From Thermomicrobiales bacterium (GTDB taxonomy: Bacteria; Chloroflexota; Chloroflexia; Thermomicrobiales; CFX8): 64,000 bases of DNA. Both the position numbers and the translations under genes were made by a program. The notes beneath the pieces were generated by a model. It was not told where the DNA came from and ran no database searches. It was given only the letters and a program-made list of their open reading frames with translations. How positions within the stretch are numbered: the first letter of the stretch is position 1; every line of letters begins with the position of its first letter. This document shows positions 61,821 to 64,000 of the stretch, piece after piece. Location: assembly GCA_023954495.1 (NCBI GenBank), contig JAMLIA010000007.1, positions 2,060-66,059 of the forward strand, read 5' to 3'.

Positions 61821-63533
61821 ATGCCGGTCAGGATGGAGCGCGAAGAATACAACCGCCGCTACGGCGCGACGACCGGCGACCGCATCCGGCTGGCGGACAC
61901 CAACCTGTTCGCCCGCGTCGAGCGCGACGACACCCTCCACGGATTTGAGCCCCTCGCCGGCTTCGGTCGCCCCATGCGCGACGGCATGCTCTTCGGCCGT
62001 AGCGGCTGGAACGGCAAGACCAGCGCCAGCCAGCTCGATCTGGTCATCACCAACGCCATCATCGTCGATCCGGTGCTGGGCATTTTCCGCAGTAACATCG
62101 GCATCAAGGATGGACGGATCGCGGGTATCGGGCGAGCGGGCAACCCTGACATCATGGAAAACGTCGATCTGCTCATCGGCAGCGCCACTGGCATGATAGC
62201 CGCCGACGGTGCCATCGTCACACCCGGCGGTATTGACACACACGTCCATCTGTCGTCGTCGAGCATCGTCGGCGCTGCTGCGTATTCCGGCATCACGACA
62301 CTCGTCGGACAGGGCAGCGGCGGCGTCTGGGATCTTGGCGTCAACCCGCTGAATAACATGCGCCACGTCTTCGAAGCATTCGAAGCCATCCCGATCAACC
62401 TCGCCGTACTTGCACGAGGATCAAGCGACCGAGCACAACTCGAAACAGCCTTTGAGGTCGGCGCATCGGGGCTAAAAATCCACGAGGATGTCGGTGCGTT
62501 CCCAGCCGTCATTGATACCTGTCTGTCTGTCGCCGACCTGGCCGGTGGGCAGGTCGCCATCCATACCGATGGCTTGAACGAAGCCGGTGCATTGGCCGAA
62601 ACGATCGCGGCAATCGCCGGTCGCTCGATCCACGCGTATCACGTGGAGGGCTCCGGCGGCGGTCACGCGCCGAACCTGATCGAAATCGCCGGTGATCCGC
62701 GCATTATCGGCTCATCGACGAACCCGACGTTGCCGTGGTCGATCAACTCGATCGCGGAGCAGCTCGACATGATCATCGCCATCCACCGGCTGGATCGCCA
62801 GAACCCGGAGGACATGGCTGCCGCACGCGACCGCGTCCGCGCCTCAACCATCGCCGCTGAGGATGTGCTGCACGACATCGGCGCAATCGCGATGGTTTCG
62901 TCGGATTCGCAGGGCATGGGCCGGATCGGCGAAGTCATCTCGCGCACATGGCAACTGGCGCACCACATGAAGCAGGTGCGCGGCGGCGGGTTCGACCCCA
63001 ACACCGGCGACGGCGACGACAACCAGCGCATCATGCAGTACATCGCGAAATACACGATCAACGCCGCCATCGCGCATGGGCTGGACCACGAGGTCGGCAG
63101 CCTGGAGCCGGGCAAGATCGCCGATCTGGTGCTCTGGCAGCCTGCCTTTTTCGGCGTCAAGCCATCGGCGATCATCAAAGGCGGCTTCGTTGCCAGCGCG
63201 CAGGTCGGCGATGGGCAGGGATCGACGCGGTCCAGCCAGCCGCTCGTCTACCGCCCGATGTGGGGCGGGATGGGTCTCGCGCCGGCCGAACTGGCTGTCA
63301 ACTTCGTCTCGCGCTACGCGACCGCCGGAATACCGGGCGGCGAGCACTTGCGCCGGAAGCCGGTCGCAGTGCGCGACGTCCGTAAGACATACAAGGACGC
63401 CATGCTGCATAACGCAGCCAGTCCGCGCGTGCAGGTCGATCCAGCGACAAACGAGGTCTATATCGACGGCGAGCCGGTGATCAATCCGCCGGCCGAGCAA
63501 TTACCGCTGAGCCAGCGCTATTTCCTTGCGTAG
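61821..63533 (+). CDS. ureC: Urease subunit alpha
   Basis: GGIDTHVHL, GLKIHEDVG (carbamylated Lys position), IHTDGLNE, HAYHVEGSGGGHAPN, SSDSQGMGR, and C-terminal LSQRYFLA. GGGAGGGGAG precedes ATG 61821. Confidence 0.92.
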   Translation: MPVRMEREEYNRRYGATTGDRIRLADTNLFARVERDDTLHGFEPLAGFGRPMRDGMLFGRSGWNGKTSASQLDLVITNAIIVDPVLGIFRSNIGIKDGRIAGIGRAGNPDIMENVDLLIGSATGMIAADGAIVTPGGIDTHVHLSSSSIVGAAAYSGITTLVGQGSGGVWDLGVNPLNNMRHVFEAFEAIPINLAVLARGSSDRAQLETAFEVGASGLKIHEDVGAFPAVIDTCLSVADLAGGQVAIHTDGLNEAGALAETIAAIAGRSIHAYHVEGSGGGHAPNLIEIAGDPRIIGSSTNPTLPWSINSIAEQLDMIIAIHRLDRQNPEDMAAARDRVRASTIAAEDVLHDIGAIAMVSSDSQGMGRIGEVISRTWQLAHHMKQVRGGGFDPNTGDGDDNQRIMQYIAKYTINAAIAHGLDHEVGSLEPGKIADLVLWQPAFFGVKPSAIIKGGFVASAQVGDGQGSTRSSQPLVYRPMWGGMGLAPAELAVNFVSRYATAGIPGGEHLRRKPVAVRDVRKTYKDAMLHNAASPRVQVDPATNEVYIDGEPVINPPAEQLPLSQRYFLA

Positions 63534-63566
63534 CTCAGGAGCAGATCTATCTCGAAGGGATAGGAA

Positions 63567-63950
63567 GTGAGCGAGTCAGTTAGTGAGCGCGCCATCGGTG
63601 AGCTCATTTCAGCAAGCGATATTGCCGAGTCAGCAACAACAACCGGGGCGATCTGGTCGGCGACATCAACCGATCTCAATATGAACGTCGTCGTCATCAC
63701 CAACGAAACGCCAATCGAAGGCCATCGCAACAATGAGGTCGATGTCGTCGTCATCGGCGTTGATGGAACCGGCACGGTGCAGATCGACCAGCAAGACATT
63801 CATGTCAAGCCCCGGAGCGCAGTGGTCATCCCGAAAGGCACATGGCGCTCGATCCGAAGCGACGCCAGCCGCTTCGCCTATATGACCATCCACCGCCGCC
63901 GCGCCGGCCTCTGGCCGACGAGTGGCGGATCGGGAGGAATGAGCGAGTAG
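63567..63950 (+). CDS. Cupin-like small protein
   Basis: Beta-rich 127-aa ORF (…NEVDVVVIGVDGTGTVQIDQQDIHVKPRSAVVIPKGTWRSI…) resembling a cupin barrel. GTG start after GGGATAGGAA. Confidence 0.55.
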   Translation: MSESVSERAIGELISASDIAESATTTGAIWSATSTDLNMNVVVITNETPIEGHRNNEVDVVVIGVDGTGTVQIDQQDIHVKPRSAVVIPKGTWRSIRSDASRFAYMTIHRRRAGLWPTSGGSGGMSE

Positions 63951-64000
63951 GCTGCTGTCGTCGGCTTCAGGGTCGGGCTATTGAGCGCGCGCTAGCCAGG

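Noticed and set aside
61821-63533. UreC as a catalytically dead urease-like pseudoenzyme.
   Set aside because: All nickel ligands, the carbamylated-Lys context, the catalytic Asp and the flap His are present. Only peripheral positions diverge.

Overview
High-GC, gene-dense bacterial chromosomal segment. Spot counts on single 60-nt lines give about 65-67% GC in housekeeping stretches. I support about 70 protein-coding genes. I saw no rRNA gene, tRNA gene or CRISPR array. Most content is core or housekeeping: an archaeal-type aspS preceded by an Asp-specific T-box leader, proS, rplY, rpsU, folC, rlmN, mtnA, larC, a pncC-like gene and an NfeD-stomatin pair. There are also two two-component systems, a secreted cell-wall amidase, a CAP-domain protein, a divergent glycosyltransferase pair, two c-type cytochrome lipoproteins, several GNATs and oxidoreductases, and a ureA-ureB-ureC urease set. 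Accessory or mobile content: a McrB-like restriction GTPase truncated by the left window edge, one intact IS110-family element next to REP-like palindromes, and a family of ~150-nt palindromic MITE/REP-like elements at three loci. The T-box, the archaeal-type AspRS and the repeat families suggest a Chloroflexota (Thermomicrobia-like) genome, but this is inference only. The most unusual observations are: (i) the urease structural genes are split by an antisense C45 Ntn-hydrolase gene and no ureDEFG lies in the window; (ii) two near-consensus promoters face each other across a GTAAC repeat cluster, between a CGNR zinc-finger gene and a tiny two-ORF operon; (iii) the IS110 element sits beside REP-like hairpins and may carry a guide (bridge) RNA; (iv) a hypothetical gene inside a membrane-protein operon has an apparent single-base frameshift; (v) an M20-fold protein has lost its metal ligands. 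I did not find a multi-gene system that is clearly novel, so the candidates carry modest scores. All coordinates and motifs were read by hand, and no database search was possible.
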